A stretch of DNA of 64,000 bases from an uncultured Pelagibacteraceae bacterium. GTDB lineage: Bacteria > Pseudomonadota > Alphaproteobacteria > Pelagibacterales > Pelagibacteraceae. A program made the position numbers and the translations under genes. A model generated the notes under the pieces. The model had not been told where the DNA came from, made no database searches, and saw only the letters and a list, made by a program, of their open reading frames with translations. Shown piece by piece: positions 1 through 11,061 of this stretch; position 1 is the first letter of the stretch, and the number at the start of each line of letters is the position of its first letter. The DNA lies in the NCBI GenBank assembly GCA_902571375.1, contig CACGBP010000002.1, forward strand, positions 113,986-177,985, given 5' to 3'.

Positions 1-867
1 GTAATCAGGAAGTAAAGCTTTATAAGTATATTTTTTATCATTAATCTTAAATTTAATTTGATAAGAATGAAGCATGAGATCTTTATTCAATCGTTTAGTC
101 GATGAAAAAGATCTATATTTTTTATCCCCATAAATTGAATGACCAATATTAAATAATTGTTTTCTTAACTGATGTTTTCTTCCAGTAATAGGTTTCATTT
201 CAACTAAACTGGAGTTTGAATTTTTATCAATTACTTTAAAAATTGTTTTTGCAGGTTCTATGATCTTTTTTCCATTATCATAACGTATTAATTCATCATT
301 CCATTCTCCAGAATTTTTTTCTATTTCACCATCACAAATTGCTAGATAAGTTTTATGAACTTTTCTTAATCTAAATAATGTGGTTAATAATTGAGCTGAT
401 TTTCTATTTTTTGCAATTATAAAAACTCCAGAAGTATCTTTATCTAATCTATGAACAGAGTAAGGTTTTGATCCTTGAAAAATTTCACTCTTAGCGAATA
501 TATCTATCAAATTTTTTTTTGATTTTGTCCCTCCTTGAACAGAAATACCCGCACTTTTATTTAAAACAATAAAATCCTCATTATTATCAATTATTAAATC
601 TTCATTTGATTTAACAATTTCATTTGAAGGTATAAAAGATTTTTTTTTTTGTTGAATATTTTCTTTAAAATTAAAATTGAATATATCTATTTTATCATTT
701 GTTTGAACTTTGTTAGAACTTTTAGTTTTTTTCTTATTAATCTTAATTTTACCTAACCGTAAATTTTTTTCTATTAATCCCTGAGGTATTTTCCCTAATT
801 TATTTCTTAACCATCTATCGAGACGCATGTTATTGCACGTTGAATCAACGATAAAACTCTTAATCAT
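1..867 (-). CDS. RluA/RluC-family pseudouridine synthase with S4 domain (3' end runs off window)
   Basis: Manual translation from ATG at 867: MIKSFIVDSTCNNMRLDRWLR..., with catalytic VHRLDKDTSG and TGRKHQLR motifs. Confidence 0.9.
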   Translation of the reverse strand, partial: MIKSFIVDSTCNNMRLDRWLRNKLGKIPQGLIEKNLRLGKIKINKKKTKSSNKVQTNDKIDIFNFNFKENIQQKKKSFIPSNEIVKSNEDLIIDNNEDFIVLNKSAGISVQGGTKSKKNLIDIFAKSEIFQGSKPYSVHRLDKDTSGVFIIAKNRKSAQLLTTLFRLRKVHKTYLAICDGEIEKNSGEWNDELIRYDNGKKIIEPAKTIFKVIDKNSNSSLVEMKPITGRKHQLRKQLFNIGHSIYGDKKYRSFSSTKRLNKDLMLHSYQIKFKINDKKYTYKALLPDY

Positions 868-886
868 GATTTGTCTTTAACTTATT

Positions 887-1330
887 TTAAGCTGTAGCTT
901 CTTTTTTTTCTTCTTTTTTTTCAGCTTCTTTTGCAGGATCTTTTTTCTTTTTATCTAATCTTTTTGCTTCGACATCCCTATCTACAAATTCTATAATTGC
1001 CATTGGTGCATTATCTCCATATCTAAAACCAGCTTTAATTATTCTAGTATAACCACCTGTTCTTTTTTCATATCTTTTAGATAATGTTTTTTTTACTTTA
1101 TTTGCTGTTTTTATATCTTGAAGTTGTGAAACTAATTTTTTAGTAGTTTGTAAATTATCTTTTTTTCCTAATGTAATAATTTTATCAGCTTGTGGTTTAA
1201 GAAATTTAGCTTTAGGCAAAGTAGTCTTGATTTGCTCATATTTAATTAGAGAATTCAGCATATTTTTTAACATAGCTTTTCTGTGTTCTGAAGTTCTATT
1301 TAATTTCTTATTAGCCATTCCGTGTCTCAT
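887..1330 (-). CDS. rplQ: 50S ribosomal protein L17
   Basis: MRHG..KKLNRTSEHRKAML, GGYTRI..G.R.GDNA; follows rpoA. Confidence 0.98.
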   Translation of the reverse strand: MRHGMANKKLNRTSEHRKAMLKNMLNSLIKYEQIKTTLPKAKFLKPQADKIITLGKKDNLQTTKKLVSQLQDIKTANKVKKTLSKRYEKRTGGYTRIIKAGFRYGDNAPMAIIEFVDRDVEAKRLDKKKKDPAKEAEKKEEKKEATA

Positions 1331-2358
1331 TAAATTGTTTCCTCCAATTTTTTAGACATTTCAGCAATATTGTCAGGCGGCCAATTAGGTATTTCCATTC
1401 CTAAATATAGTGACATTGCTGTCAAAACTTCTTTAATTTCATTTAATGATTTTCTTCCAAAATTTGGTGTTCTTAACATTTCACCCTCTGATTTTTGAAC
1501 TAAATCACCGATATAAATAATATTGTCATTTTTTAGACAATTCATCGATCTAACAGACAATTCAAGTTCGTCAACTTTTCTTAATAAATTCTTATTAAAC
1601 TCTGGCTCTGTTGAAACTTCTTTTACTGGAACCTCTACTGGTTCATCAAAATTTATAAACATTTTTAGTTGATCTTGAAAAATACGTGCTGAGTAAGCAA
1701 CAGCATCTTCTGCAGAAATTGATCCATTAGTTTCTACTACCATTGTTAATTTGTCATAATCAAGTGCTTTTCCTTCTCTCGCTGTACTAACTGAATATGA
1801 AACTTTTTTCACCGGGCTGTATAAAGAGTCTATAGCTATTAATCCTAAAGGTGGTTCTTCTGGTTTATTTAACTCAGCAGGTACATATCCTTTTCCTGTG
1901 TTCACATTCATTTCCATATGAAAATTTGTATTCTCATCTAAATTACAAATAACTAAATCTGGATTAAGTATTTCGACGTCACTTGTTGGTGTAATATCTG
2001 AAGCTTTTATCTCACCTGGACCTTTTGCGTCTAAAATTAATTTCTTTGTACCCTCAGAAGAACATTTTAATGCTAAGGATTTAACATTTAAAACTATATC
2101 AGTTACATCCTCTCTAACACCTTTGATTGATGTAAATTCATGAAGCACTCCATCTATTTGGATAGATGTGACAGCAGCTCCTCTTATAGATGATAATAAT
2201 ATCCTTCTTAAAGAATTTCCTAAAGTTAATCCATAACCTTTTTCTAATGGTTCAGCAATAATAGTCGCTTGAGTTAAGTCTTCACTAATTTTAACGTCGA
2301 GTTTTGCAGGCTTGATTAAAGATTTCCAATTTTTTACATTTACATTAGCAGTTTCCAT
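1330..2358 (-). CDS. rpoA: RNA polymerase alpha subunit
   Basis: [22 protein letters not shown]; alpha-[12 protein letters not shown] and [10 protein letters not shown]. Confidence 0.99.
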   Translation of the reverse strand: METANVNVKNWKSLIKPAKLDVKISEDLTQATIIAEPLEKGYGLTLGNSLRRILLSSIRGAAVTSIQIDGVLHEFTSIKGVREDVTDIVLNVKSLALKCSSEGTKKLILDAKGPGEIKASDITPTSDVEILNPDLVICNLDENTNFHMEMNVNTGKGYVPAELNKPEEPPLGLIAIDSLYSPVKKVSYSVSTAREGKALDYDKLTMVVETNGSISAEDAVAYSARIFQDQLKMFINFDEPVEVPVKEVSTEPEFNKNLLRKVDELELSVRSMNCLKNDNIIYIGDLVQKSEGEMLRTPNFGRKSLNEIKEVLTAMSLYLGMEIPNWPPDNIAEMSKKLEETI

Positions 2359-2360
2359 TA

Positions 2361-2810
2361 TTAAACTCTCCTTTTTTTTGGTGGTCTAGTACCATTATGA
2401 GGCATTGGCGTTGTATCTTTTATTGTTAATATCTTAAAACCTCTTGCTTGTAAGGCTCTTAAAGCAGTTTCTCTCCCAGAGCCAGGCCCCTTAACTTCAA
2501 CCGATAAACTCTTCATTCCAAATTCTAATGCCTTTGAAGCAGCAGCATCTGCAGCAACTTGTGCTGCATAAGGAGTTGATTTTCTAGATCCTTTAAAACC
2601 TTTTTGACCTGCAGAAGCCCAAGAAATTACATTTCCATTTGTATCAGCAATTGAAATAATTGTATTATTAAAAGTAGACTGAACATAAGCAATACCATTT
2701 AAAATATTTTTCTTAACTTTTTTCTTTTTAGAATAAGAACTTTTATTTATTTTCTTTGTAGACTTTTCAATTTTTTGTTCTTTAGTATCTGCTTTATCTG
2801 TTTTAGCCAT
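2361..2810 (-). CDS. rpsK: 30S ribosomal protein S11 (Lys-rich N-terminal extension)
   Basis: [34 protein letters not shown]. Confidence 0.98.
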   Translation of the reverse strand: MAKTDKADTKEQKIEKSTKKINKSSYSKKKKVKKNILNGIAYVQSTFNNTIISIADTNGNVISWASAGQKGFKGSRKSTPYAAQVAADAAASKALEFGMKSLSVEVKGPGSGRETALRALQARGFKILTIKDTTPMPHNGTRPPKKRRV

Positions 2811-2812
2811 AG

Positions 2813-3196
2813 TTATTTTTTAAGTGGTGTTAGTTTTTTTCCAGCAATTGCAATAGCTTTACCTTTTCTTGTTCGCGCATTACATCTTGTTCTTTGTCCT
2901 CTAACAGGTAATTTTTTTCTGTGTCTTGAACCTCTATAACAAGCTAGATCAATTAATCTTTTAATGCTTAAAGAATAATCACGTCTTAAATCACCCTCTA
3001 CTTTAAAGTTCTGATCTATATATTCTCTTATTTTTAAAATTTCATCATCTGTTAATTGATTAACTCTTTTTTCTCTAGGAATTGCTAAAGAAGAGCAAAT
3101 TTGTTTAGAAAATTTATCTCCTATACCATAAATATATGTTAGACCGATATGGACTAACTTATTTTGTGGAATGTTAATACCTGCAATACGAGCCAT
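2813..3196 (-). CDS. rpsM: 30S ribosomal protein S13
   Basis: [25 protein letters not shown]. Confidence 0.98.
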   Translation of the reverse strand: MARIAGINIPQNKLVHIGLTYIYGIGDKFSKQICSSLAIPREKRVNQLTDDEILKIREYIDQNFKVEGDLRRDYSLSIKRLIDLACYRGSRHRKKLPVRGQRTRCNARTRKGKAIAIAGKKLTPLKK

Positions 3197-3219
3197 AAAT
3201 TTTGAGATAATTTTAGCCT

Positions 3220-3247
3220 TTTATATAAGAAGATCTTTTAAAGTCAA
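3220..3247 (-). promoter_or_regulatory. Putative sigma70 promoter of the alpha operon
   Basis: TTGACT-N16-TATAAA in the adk-rpsM gap. Confidence 0.65.
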
Positions 3248-3251
3248 CGGG

Positions 3252-3815
3252 TTAAACATTCAGAAAACTATCGATTTTAGCGGTTATTTCATCAATTTCA
3301 AGAGTCCCATCAATTTCATAAAAATTAGAATTTTTAGAATAGAATTCTAGGACCGGCTTGGTCAATTCCATATAAGTATCGTATCTTTTAAGAATTGTGT
3401 TTGAGTCATCATCAGATCTTTCCTCTAAAATTTTTCTTTTCTCAATTCTTTTTACAATAATTTCTTTATTCACATTAAGAAAAAAAATAAAATCAATTTT
3501 TTGATTTGATTGATCTAATAAAATATTTAGATTTTTTGCCTGACTTATAGATCTTGGATATCCATCAAATATTAATCTTTCTTTTTTTTTTGGATCAAAT
3601 ATTACTTTTTTGACAAGTTCATTTACTATTTCATCACTTACAAATTTTCCTTCATTCATATCATTAATTATTTTTTTTCCAATTTCTGAATTGTTTTGAA
3701 TTTCTTCTCTTAGCATATCACCTGTAGATATCTGAATACCATTAGTTTTTTTTACAATGTATTTTGCTTGAGTTCCTTTTCCAGCTCCAGGAGGACCAAA
3801 TAGGATAATATTCAC
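3252..3815 (-). CDS. adk: Adenylate kinase, short form without LID domain
   Basis: GPPGAGKGTQ P-loop, STGDMLR, DGYPR, R.DD; GTG start; follows secY. Confidence 0.95.
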   Translation of the reverse strand: MNIILFGPPGAGKGTQAKYIVKKTNGIQISTGDMLREEIQNNSEIGKKIINDMNEGKFVSDEIVNELVKKVIFDPKKKERLIFDGYPRSISQAKNLNILLDQSNQKIDFIFFLNVNKEIIVKRIEKRKILEERSDDDSNTILKRYDTYMELTKPVLEFYSKNSNFYEIDGTLEIDEITAKIDSFLNV

Positions 3816-3818
3816 AAA

Positions 3819-5099
3819 TTATCTTCCAAACTTAGTTTTTTTAATTAATTGCTCATATTGGGAGCTCATTAATCTAGTTTGTATTTGTGTAACGGTATCA
3901 ATAGCAACAACAACAACAATTAAAATTGAAGTTCCTCCCAAATAAAATGGTATAGGATAATTAGCAATTAAAAATTCTGGCATTAAACATACTAAAGTCA
4001 AATACAAGGCTCCTATCGTAGTAAGTTTTGTTAAAATGTTTTCTATATATAAAGCTGTACTTTCACCTGGTCTGATACCTGGAACAAACCCTCCATATTT
4101 TCTTAGATTGTCAGCAGTTTCAGTTGGATTAAAAGTAATTGAAGTGTAAAAAAAAGTAAAAAAAATAATACCTGATGCATAAAATAACATATATAAAGGT
4201 TGCCCTTGTGTAAAATAAGAGCTCAAATTTAAAAATGTTTCATTTTCAGAAAAATTAAAATTTGAAAAGGTAACTGGTAACAACAATAATGCAGAAGCGA
4301 AAATTGCCGGGATAACTCCTGCTTGGTTTATTTTTAAAGGTAAGTGTGACGACTCTCCCCCATACATTTTATTACCCATCTGTCTTTTTGGGTAATTAAT
4401 TAATATTTTTCTTAATGCTCTTTCCATAAAAACTATGAATAAAATTGTTAAAATTAATAGAATGAATAATGCTAAAATCATTAATGTTGAAACTGCTCCA
4501 GTTCTTCCTAATTCAAAAGTTGTAACTAAAGCTCTTGGTATTTCAGCTACAATACCTGCAAAAATTATAAGTGATATTCCGTTACCTATACCTCTTTGAG
4601 TTATTTGTTCACCAAGCCACATTAGAAAAATTGTTCCTGCAACAATAGTAGTTACTGTAGAAACTTTAAAAAATAATCCAGGATTAATCACTAAGTCCGC
4701 AGATGACTCTAATCCAACAGCTAAACCATAACCTTGGACAGTTGCTAGTAAAACAGTTCCATATCTTGTTATCTGAGTAATTTTTGCTCTTCCAGTTTCA
4801 CCTTGGGCTTTCAAATTTTTAAAATAATCTGAAACTCCTGTTAAAAGTTGAACGATAATTGATGAAGATATATAAGGCATTATTCCTAATGCAAATATAG
4901 CCATTCTACTTACAGCTCCACCTGCAAAAACATTAAACATCCCTAATAATCCTTTTTGATTACCTTCCATCATTATTTTTAATTGTTCTGGATCTATTCC
5001 TGGTAAGGGTATAAATGTCCCAAATCTATAGACTGCAAGTATTGCTATAGTAAATATTATTCTATTTCTTAAATCTATGCTTGAAGATGAAGAACTCAT
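3819..5099 (-). CDS. secY: Preprotein translocase SecY
   Basis: Multi-TM; ALGIMPYIS, GIGNGISLIIF, PGIRPG. Confidence 0.99.
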   Translation of the reverse strand: MSSSSSSIDLRNRIIFTIAILAVYRFGTFIPLPGIDPEQLKIMMEGNQKGLLGMFNVFAGGAVSRMAIFALGIMPYISSSIIVQLLTGVSDYFKNLKAQGETGRAKITQITRYGTVLLATVQGYGLAVGLESSADLVINPGLFFKVSTVTTIVAGTIFLMWLGEQITQRGIGNGISLIIFAGIVAEIPRALVTTFELGRTGAVSTLMILALFILLILTILFIVFMERALRKILINYPKRQMGNKMYGGESSHLPLKINQAGVIPAIFASALLLLPVTFSNFNFSENETFLNLSSYFTQGQPLYMLFYASGIIFFTFFYTSITFNPTETADNLRKYGGFVPGIRPGESTALYIENILTKLTTIGALYLTLVCLMPEFLIANYPIPFYLGGTSILIVVVVAIDTVTQIQTRLMSSQYEQLIKKTKFGR

Positions 5100-5110
5100 T
5101 TAGAATCTAT

Positions 5111-5563
5111 CTATTTTTTAATTTGTATTGATCCACCAATTTTTTCAAGTTTCTCAACAGCTGACTTAGAAGCTAAATCAGCTTCAATATTTACCTTATC
5201 CTTAATATTTCCTGAGCCTAAAATTTTTAATTTTATTGAATTCTTGTTTATCAGTCTTAATTTTTTAAGTAATTCAGAATTAATTAAATCATTTGATTTT
5301 AAACTTTTTTTATCAATAAAAGATTGAATCTTATCTAAATTTAAAATAGCAATTTTCTCTCTTAATATCGGGTTAAAACCTCTTTTTGGCAACCTTCTAT
5401 ACAAAGGCATTTGACCACCTTCAAAACTTTTAATTGCAACTCCCGATCTAGATTTTTGTCCTTTGACACCTCTTCCAGATGTTTTTCCTTTACCAGAACC
5501 TATACCTCTACCAACCCTAATTTTAGTTTTATTAATTTTGGTTCTATTATTTAATTTAATCAT
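5111..5563 (-). CDS. rplO: 50S ribosomal protein L15
   Basis: RVGRGIGSGKGKT, FEGGQMPL.RRLPKRGF. Confidence 0.98.
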   Translation of the reverse strand: MIKLNNRTKINKTKIRVGRGIGSGKGKTSGRGVKGQKSRSGVAIKSFEGGQMPLYRRLPKRGFNPILREKIAILNLDKIQSFIDKKSLKSNDLINSELLKKLRLINKNSIKLKILGSGNIKDKVNIEADLASKSAVEKLEKIGGSIQIKK

Positions 5564-6078
5564 TAGCCTCTTTTTTCAACTATTTCAGAAATTTTTTTAT
5601 TTCTTATTGATGATATCTGTTTTGGTGAATTTTGCTTTAATAAAGCTTTCATAGTTGCTCTTATGACATTATGAGCATTAGAAGTTCCCATTGATTTGGC
5701 AACTATATCTTTCACGCCTAAAACCTCACAAACAGCTCGGACAGGTCCTCCAGCAATAATTCCAGTTCCTTTTGATGCTGCACGTAAAACTATTTTGCCA
5801 GAACCATCCTTAGCTTTAACATCATGATGTATTGTTCTACCTTCTCTTAGAGGAATATGAATTAATTTTCTTCTAGCCATTTCATTTGCTTTTTTAATAG
5901 CATCAGGAACTTGCTTAGCTTTTGCATGAGCTATTCCTATTTTTCCTGCCTGATTACCAACAACTACTAGTGCAGAAAAACCAAATCTTCTTCCACCTTT
6001 AACAACTTTAGTTATTCTATTAATGTGAACTAACTTTTCTAAAATATCATCATTTTTTTTATCTTTTAAGTTTTCCAT
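5563..6078 (-). CDS. rpsE: 30S ribosomal protein S5
   Basis: INRITKVVKGGRRFGFSALVVVG, GTGIIAGG. Confidence 0.98.
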   Translation of the reverse strand: MENLKDKKNDDILEKLVHINRITKVVKGGRRFGFSALVVVGNQAGKIGIAHAKAKQVPDAIKKANEMARRKLIHIPLREGRTIHHDVKAKDGSGKIVLRAASKGTGIIAGGPVRAVCEVLGVKDIVAKSMGTSNAHNVIRATMKALLKQNSPKQISSIRNKKISEIVEKRG

Positions 6079-6080
6079 AT

Positions 6081-6437
6081 CTAAAATTCCATTCCATTTT
6101 TTCTAAGAGTTTCAGCAAAAATCTTAATTCTCCCATGATATTTATAAGTTCCCCTATCAAAAAAGATTTTGGTTATTTTCTTTTCTTGAGCTTTTTTAGC
6201 AAGTTTTTCTGCAACTATTTTTGATAACTCACTTTTTTTTACTTTATCACCACTCTTGATATCTTTTTCTAAAGAAGATGCCGATAAAAGGGTTATTTTT
6301 TTACTATCATCAATTATTTGAGCAGATATATTTTTTGTTGATCTAGAGATGCTTAATCTAAATCTATCTTTAGAAGCAACTTTTTTTAATTTGTTACTTA
6401 CTCTAAATTTTTTTCTTTTACTTGTATCAAGTTTCAT
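6081..6437 (-). CDS. rplR: 50S ribosomal protein L18
   Basis: AQIIDD, FDRG.YKYHGR. Confidence 0.97.
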   Translation of the reverse strand: MKLDTSKRKKFRVSNKLKKVASKDRFRLSISRSTKNISAQIIDDSKKITLLSASSLEKDIKSGDKVKKSELSKIVAEKLAKKAQEKKITKIFFDRGTYKYHGRIKIFAETLRKNGMEF

Positions 6438-6976
6438 TATTTCTTTTTACCCTCTTTTTTTAGTACATATTGACCTTTTTCTCTTATACCTTTTCCCTTA
6501 TACGGTTCAATTTTTCTGAAAGTTTTTAACTTGGATGCTACTGCGCCAACTTGTTGTTTATCATTTCCAGTTATCTTTAGTGTTGTTTGTTTTTCTACAC
6601 TAATTTTAATACCCTGAGGTATTTCAAAATTTATGTCATGACTATATCCTAATTGTAGATTGAGTGAATTTCCTTTTAATGCAGCTCTGTAACCTACTCC
6701 TACTAATTCAAGAATTTTTTCATAACCAGTACTTGAACCAATAACAGCATTATTTATTAAACTTCTTTTCATACCCCACAATCTTTTAGTGGTTTCATCA
6801 ATCTTTTTTGGTTTAATAGAAATTTCTTTACCATCTTTTATGTCTAAGTTAAAAATTTCTAAGTCAATATCTAAAGAACTTTTCCCTAGAGGACCTTCGA
6901 TGTTTAAAATATTACCAGCTAAAGCTACTTTAACTTTCTCTGGTATTGATATATTTATTTTTCCTATTTTTGACAT
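6437..6976 (-). CDS. rplF: 50S ribosomal protein L6
   Basis: [20 protein letters not shown]. Confidence 0.98.
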   Translation of the reverse strand: MSKIGKINISIPEKVKVALAGNILNIEGPLGKSSLDIDLEIFNLDIKDGKEISIKPKKIDETTKRLWGMKRSLINNAVIGSSTGYEKILELVGVGYRAALKGNSLNLQLGYSHDINFEIPQGIKISVEKQTTLKITGNDKQQVGAVASKLKTFRKIEPYKGKGIREKGQYVLKKEGKKK

Positions 6977-7374
6977 TAGAATACCTTACAAATTATTTCC
7001 CCACCAACTCTTTGTTTTCTAGCATCTATATCTGTCATTACACCTTTTGGTGTTGACACGATAGCAATTCCTAAACCATTATTAATTTTAGGAAGCCCCT
7101 CTGCACTAGAAAATATTCTTCTTCCAGGCTTAGAAACTCTCTCAAACGTACTTATTACTGGATTACCAGAATGATATTTTAACTCTAATGATAAAGTAGA
7201 TTTATTTTTATCTTCTGTATTAACTTTAAAATCTCTAATAAATCCCTCATTTTTTAAAATATCAGCTATTTTAACCTTAAAATTTGAAGAGGGTAATTCA
7301 ACCTTTTTATGATTTCTATCTTGAGCATTTTTTACTCTTGCTATCATATCTCCTATAGGGTCACTTAAACTCAT
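6976..7374 (-). CDS. rpsH: 30S ribosomal protein S8
   Basis: DPIGDM, RVSKPGRR, STPKGVMTD..AR...VGGE. Confidence 0.98.
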   Translation of the reverse strand: MSLSDPIGDMIARVKNAQDRNHKKVELPSSNFKVKIADILKNEGFIRDFKVNTEDKNKSTLSLELKYHSGNPVISTFERVSKPGRRIFSSAEGLPKINNGLGIAIVSTPKGVMTDIDARKQRVGGEIICKVF

Positions 7375-7384
7375 ATAATCCTTT

Positions 7385-7690
7385 CTACCAACTTGATTTA
7401 ACTAAACCTGGTATCTTTCCTTGTAAACCAAGTTGTCTTAACGCAATTCTTGATATTTTTAATTTTCTATAAACTCCATGAGGTCTTCCAGTAATTTGGC
7501 ATCTATTCATTACTCTAATTTTAGCTGAATTTCTGGGTAATTTTGATAATTTTTGTTGAGCTTTAAATCTTTCTTCAAGTGTAAGTTTTTTATTCATTAC
7601 GATTTTTTTTAATTTTGCTCTTTTTTTAAAATATCTATCTGAGAGTTTTATTCTTTTATTATTTTTATTTATTGAACTTAATTTAGCCAT
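7385..7690 (-). CDS. rpsN: 30S ribosomal protein S14 (long, Zn-independent type)
   Basis: LPRNS, NRCQITGRP, IPGLVKSSW. Confidence 0.98.
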   Translation of the reverse strand: MAKLSSINKNNKRIKLSDRYFKKRAKLKKIVMNKKLTLEERFKAQQKLSKLPRNSAKIRVMNRCQITGRPHGVYRKLKISRIALRQLGLQGKIPGLVKSSW

Positions 7691-7692
7691 TT

Positions 7693-8247
7693 CTAATTAT
7701 CTCCTTTTTTTATGAATGGAAAATTTAATTTTTCTAACAAAGCAAAGCTATGTTCTTTATTTTTTGAAGAAATAACAATTGTAATGTCAAGTCCTCTAAC
7801 TTTGTCAGCTCTATCAAAACTAACTTCTGGAAAAATAATATGTTCTTTAATACCAAATGTATAATTTCCAAATTGATCAAAACCATTTGAAGAAAGACCT
7901 CTAAAATCTTTTATTCTTGGTAAGGCTATATTTACAAGACGGTCAATAAATTCATACATTTTATCTTTTCTTAAAGTAACTTTTAAACCAGAATTTGAAC
8001 CTTTTCGTGTTTTAAAGTTAGCAACTGACTTTTTAAATTTCGTAACTATTGGTTTTTGACCTGTAATTTTTGCTAAGTCCTCTTCACAAGATTTTAATAT
8101 TTTAGAATCATTACCATCAAGACCCAAACCCATATTTAAAACAACTTTTTGAATTTTTGGACCCATGTATAAATTTTTGAAACCAAACTTAGTTTTTAAA
8201 GATGGTTGAATTTCTTTATAATAAATTTCTTTTAATCTTGGGATCAT
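7693..8247 (-). CDS. rplE: 50S ribosomal protein L5
   Basis: ITGQKP, ALPRIKDFRG, GNYTFGIKEHIIFPE. Confidence 0.98.
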   Translation of the reverse strand: MIPRLKEIYYKEIQPSLKTKFGFKNLYMGPKIQKVVLNMGLGLDGNDSKILKSCEEDLAKITGQKPIVTKFKKSVANFKTRKGSNSGLKVTLRKDKMYEFIDRLVNIALPRIKDFRGLSSNGFDQFGNYTFGIKEHIIFPEVSFDRADKVRGLDITIVISSKNKEHSFALLEKLNFPFIKKGDN

Positions 8248-8495
8248 TATTTTTTAGCCATTGTTTTTTTATTTTTTGTTTTTTCATCAATTAATTTCAA
8301 ATTTGATAAATGTATAAAACTCTCTTTATTTACAATTCCACCTTTTTTTTCTTTTGTTGTTTTTACATGTTTTTTAACCATGTTAATTTCTTTTACTTTC
8401 GCTCTATTATTTTCTCTATCAATTTCAATTACTTCACCTTCTTTTTTTTTATCTTTACCTGCTAAGACACGAACTTTTAAGCCTTTTTTAATCAT
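8247..8495 (-). CDS. rplX: 50S ribosomal protein L24 (short, 82 aa)
   Basis: KOW motif V.V.AGKDK...G.V, IHLSN; lies between rplN and rplE. Confidence 0.93.
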   Translation of the reverse strand: MIKKGLKVRVLAGKDKKKEGEVIEIDRENNRAKVKEINMVKKHVKTTKEKKGGIVNKESFIHLSNLKLIDEKTKNKKTMAKK

Positions 8496-8863
8496 TATAA
8501 AACCTCCGGCGCCAATGAAATTATTTTCATTTGACCTCTACTTCTTAACTCTCTCGTAACTGGTCCAAATATTCTAGTTCCAACAGGCTCTCCCTTGTCA
8601 TCAACTAAAACTGCAGCGTTATTATCAAATTTAACTTTTGATCCATCATCTCTATGAATGCCTTTTTTTACTCTTACTACTACAGCTTTATGAACTGACC
8701 CCTTTTTAACTTTTCCTTTAGGTATAGCTTCTTTTACCGCAATAACTATTGTGTCACCTATACTTGCGTATCTTCGCTTAGATCCACCTAAAACTTTTAT
8801 GCACTCAATTTTTTTAGCTCCCGTATTGTCAGCAACTTGTAATTCTGTTTGTACTTGTATCAT
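8495..8863 (-). CDS. rplN: 50S ribosomal protein L14
   Basis: [26 protein letters not shown]. Confidence 0.99.
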   Translation of the reverse strand: MIQVQTELQVADNTGAKKIECIKVLGGSKRRYASIGDTIVIAVKEAIPKGKVKKGSVHKAVVVRVKKGIHRDDGSKVKFDNNAAVLVDDKGEPVGTRIFGPVTRELRSRGQMKIISLAPEVL

Positions 8864-9099
8864 TATTTGTTGTTCTCCATTACTTGAAACTTTTTATTCT
8901 TTGAAAACGGTTTACTTTCAATAATTGAAACTTTATCACCAGTTTTGAATTTATTATTTTCATCATGAGCGTTATACTTTTTTTTAACTTTTATAACTTT
9001 CTTTAATAAAGGATGAGAATATTTTCTCTCAACCATAACCGTAATAGTTTTATTTGGTTTGTCACTTACAACTATTCCTGTTAAAATTTTTTTAGGCAT
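8863..9099 (-). CDS. rpsQ: 30S ribosomal protein S17
   Basis: G.VVSDK..KTI.V.VER...HP, AHDE.N. Confidence 0.97.
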   Translation of the reverse strand: MPKKILTGIVVSDKPNKTITVMVERKYSHPLLKKVIKVKKKYNAHDENNKFKTGDKVSIIESKPFSKNKKFQVMENNK

Positions 9100-9283
9100 T
9101 TTGTTTCCCTTTTAATACAGTTTTTAGTCTTGCTATTAATTTTTTAGTTTCACCAATTTTAGCTGGATTTGAAACTTGAGAATTTACTTTTTGAAATCTA
9201 AAATTAAATAGATCTTTTTTAGATTTATCTATATTCTTCAAAATTTCATCTTTAGATAATTTTTTTATTTCTTGTCTTTTCAT
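9092..9283 (-). CDS. rpmC: 50S ribosomal protein L29
   Basis: LFNFRFQ, IARLKT; position between rplP and rpsQ; start moved to ATG 9283. Confidence 0.93.
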   Translation of the reverse strand: MKRQEIKKLSKDEILKNIDKSKKDLFNFRFQKVNSQVSNPAKIGETKKLIARLKTVLKGKQNA

Positions 9284-9284
9284 T

Positions 9285-9695
9285 CTACGCAAATCTTTTT
9301 ATTGTTTTTGTTTTTATTGGTAATTTAGCTGAAGCTTTATATAGAGCTTCCTTTGCTATTTGTTCTGAAACTCCATCTACTTCAAATAAAATTCTTCCAG
9401 GCTTAACTCTACATGCATAATATTCTGGTGAACCTTTTCCTTTACCCATTCTAACTTCTATTGGTTTTTTTGAAACTGGAATATTTGGAAATATTCTTGT
9501 CCAAACTCTCCCTTGTCTTTTCATGTGTCTTGTAAGAGCTACTCTAGCTGCCTCTATTTGCTTTCCAGTAACTCTCTCAGGAGTAAGAGCTTTTAGGGCA
9601 TACGCACCATAATTTATAAAATTAGCTCTAGAGGCAGTTCCATGTATTCTGCCTTTATGAGCTTTTCTCCATTTAGTTCTTACTGGTTGTAACAT
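9285..9695 (-). CDS. rplP: 50S ribosomal protein L16
   Basis: MLQP.RTK.RK, RMGKGKG, KLPIKT. Confidence 0.98.
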   Translation of the reverse strand: MLQPVRTKWRKAHKGRIHGTASRANFINYGAYALKALTPERVTGKQIEAARVALTRHMKRQGRVWTRIFPNIPVSKKPIEVRMGKGKGSPEYYACRVKPGRILFEVDGVSEQIAKEALYKASAKLPIKTKTIKRFA

Positions 9696-9696
9696 T

Positions 9697-10377
9697 CTAT
9701 TCTTTTCCTTCTTTTGGTGTTACTTTATTTGTTTCTTGGCTAAACTCTTTTGCAAAAACTTCACCTTTATAAATCCAAACTTTAATACCTATAATTCCAT
9801 ATGTTGTTAAAGCTTCTGCTTCTGCATAATCAATGTCAGCACGAAGAGTATGTGATGGAATACTCCCGTCTCTAAGCCATTCAGTTCTTGCAATTTCATT
9901 ACCACCTAATCTTCCACTTATTGAAACTTTTATACCTTTTGCTCCCAATCTTAGGCATGATTGCATAGCTCTTTTCATAGCTCTTCTGTATGAAATTCTT
10001 TTTACTAATTGTTGAGCAATGTTCTCGGCAACTAGATAAGCATTTGTCTCAGGTTTTTTAACTTCTTTTATATTCAATGTTACTTCGTTTGATGTGAATT
10101 TTGATAAATTATTTTTAATTTTATCAATATCACTTCCTTTTTTTCCAATAACAAAACCTGGTCTTGAAGTATAAATAGTAACATAACATTTATTCGCAGT
10201 TCTTTCGATCATCACTTTAGATACTCCTGAGTTAATTACATTTTTTTTTATGTATTCCCTAATTTTAAAATCCTCAATTAAATAATTACCAAAATCTTTC
10301 TTTTTAGCATACCAAACAGAGTCCCATCCTCTATTCACTCCTAATCTAAAACCAACTGGATTAACTTTTTGACCCAT
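9697..10377 (-). CDS. rpsC: 30S ribosomal protein S3
   Basis: [31 protein letters not shown]. Confidence 0.99.
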   Translation of the reverse strand: MGQKVNPVGFRLGVNRGWDSVWYAKKKDFGNYLIEDFKIREYIKKNVINSGVSKVMIERTANKCYVTIYTSRPGFVIGKKGSDIDKIKNNLSKFTSNEVTLNIKEVKKPETNAYLVAENIAQQLVKRISYRRAMKRAMQSCLRLGAKGIKVSISGRLGGNEIARTEWLRDGSIPSHTLRADIDYAEAEALTTYGIIGIKVWIYKGEVFAKEFSQETNKVTPKEGKE

Positions 10378-10759
10378 GACTCTCCATTTTTTTTGCTTCT
10401 GATAATATTATTGTAACACTTGAATAAGGTTTTAATATTGGTGCAGCTCTACCTTTGGCTCTTGGTCTAAATCTTTTCATTGTAATTTTCTTTCCACAAT
10501 ATGCTTCCTTAACGATTAACTTATCAATATCGTACTGAAAATTATTCTCAGCATTTGCTACAGCCGAGCTTATTGTTTTTCTAATATCTCTAGTAATTCT
10601 TTTTTCAGAGAATTGTAAATCTCTAATAGCAATATCAACTTTTTTACCAACAATTCCTTTTAATATAGGATTAAGTTTTCTAACACTTGATCTAATATTG
10701 TTATTAATTGATCTTACTGTTTTATTTTTATTCTTTTCAATTTTCTTTTTTTTACTCAT
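10361..10759 (-). CDS. rplV: 50S ribosomal protein L22
   Basis: [20 protein letters not shown]. Confidence 0.97.
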   Translation of the reverse strand: MSKKKKIEKNKNKTVRSINNNIRSSVRKLNPILKGIVGKKVDIAIRDLQFSEKRITRDIRKTISSAVANAENNFQYDIDKLIVKEAYCGKKITMKRFRPRAKGRAAPILKPYSSVTIILSEAKKMESHGSKS

Positions 10760-10761
10760 TT

Positions 10762-11061
10762 TTATTTCTTAGCCTCTGCTTCTGCTGGTTTAGCTTTTTT
10801 ATCAGCTGGTGTATGACCAAAAAAGGTTCTTGTGGGTGCGAATTCACCTAATTTATGACCAACCATATCTTCAGAAATTGTAATAGGTATAAATTTTTTA
10901 CCGTTATATATTAAAAAGCTCACACCAACAAAATCTGGAATTATTGTAGATTTTCTTGACCAGGTTTTAATTGGTATTTTTTTCGGGTCAGTTTTATACT
11001 TATCTACCTTTTTCATTAAACTTTCTTCAACAAAAGGACCTTTCCAAACTGCTCTAGCCAT
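10762..11061 (-). CDS. rpsS: 30S ribosomal protein S19
   Basis: [24 protein letters not shown]. Confidence 0.98.
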   Translation of the reverse strand: MARAVWKGPFVEESLMKKVDKYKTDPKKIPIKTWSRKSTIIPDFVGVSFLIYNGKKFIPITISEDMVGHKLGEFAPTRTFFGHTPADKKAKPAEAEAKK

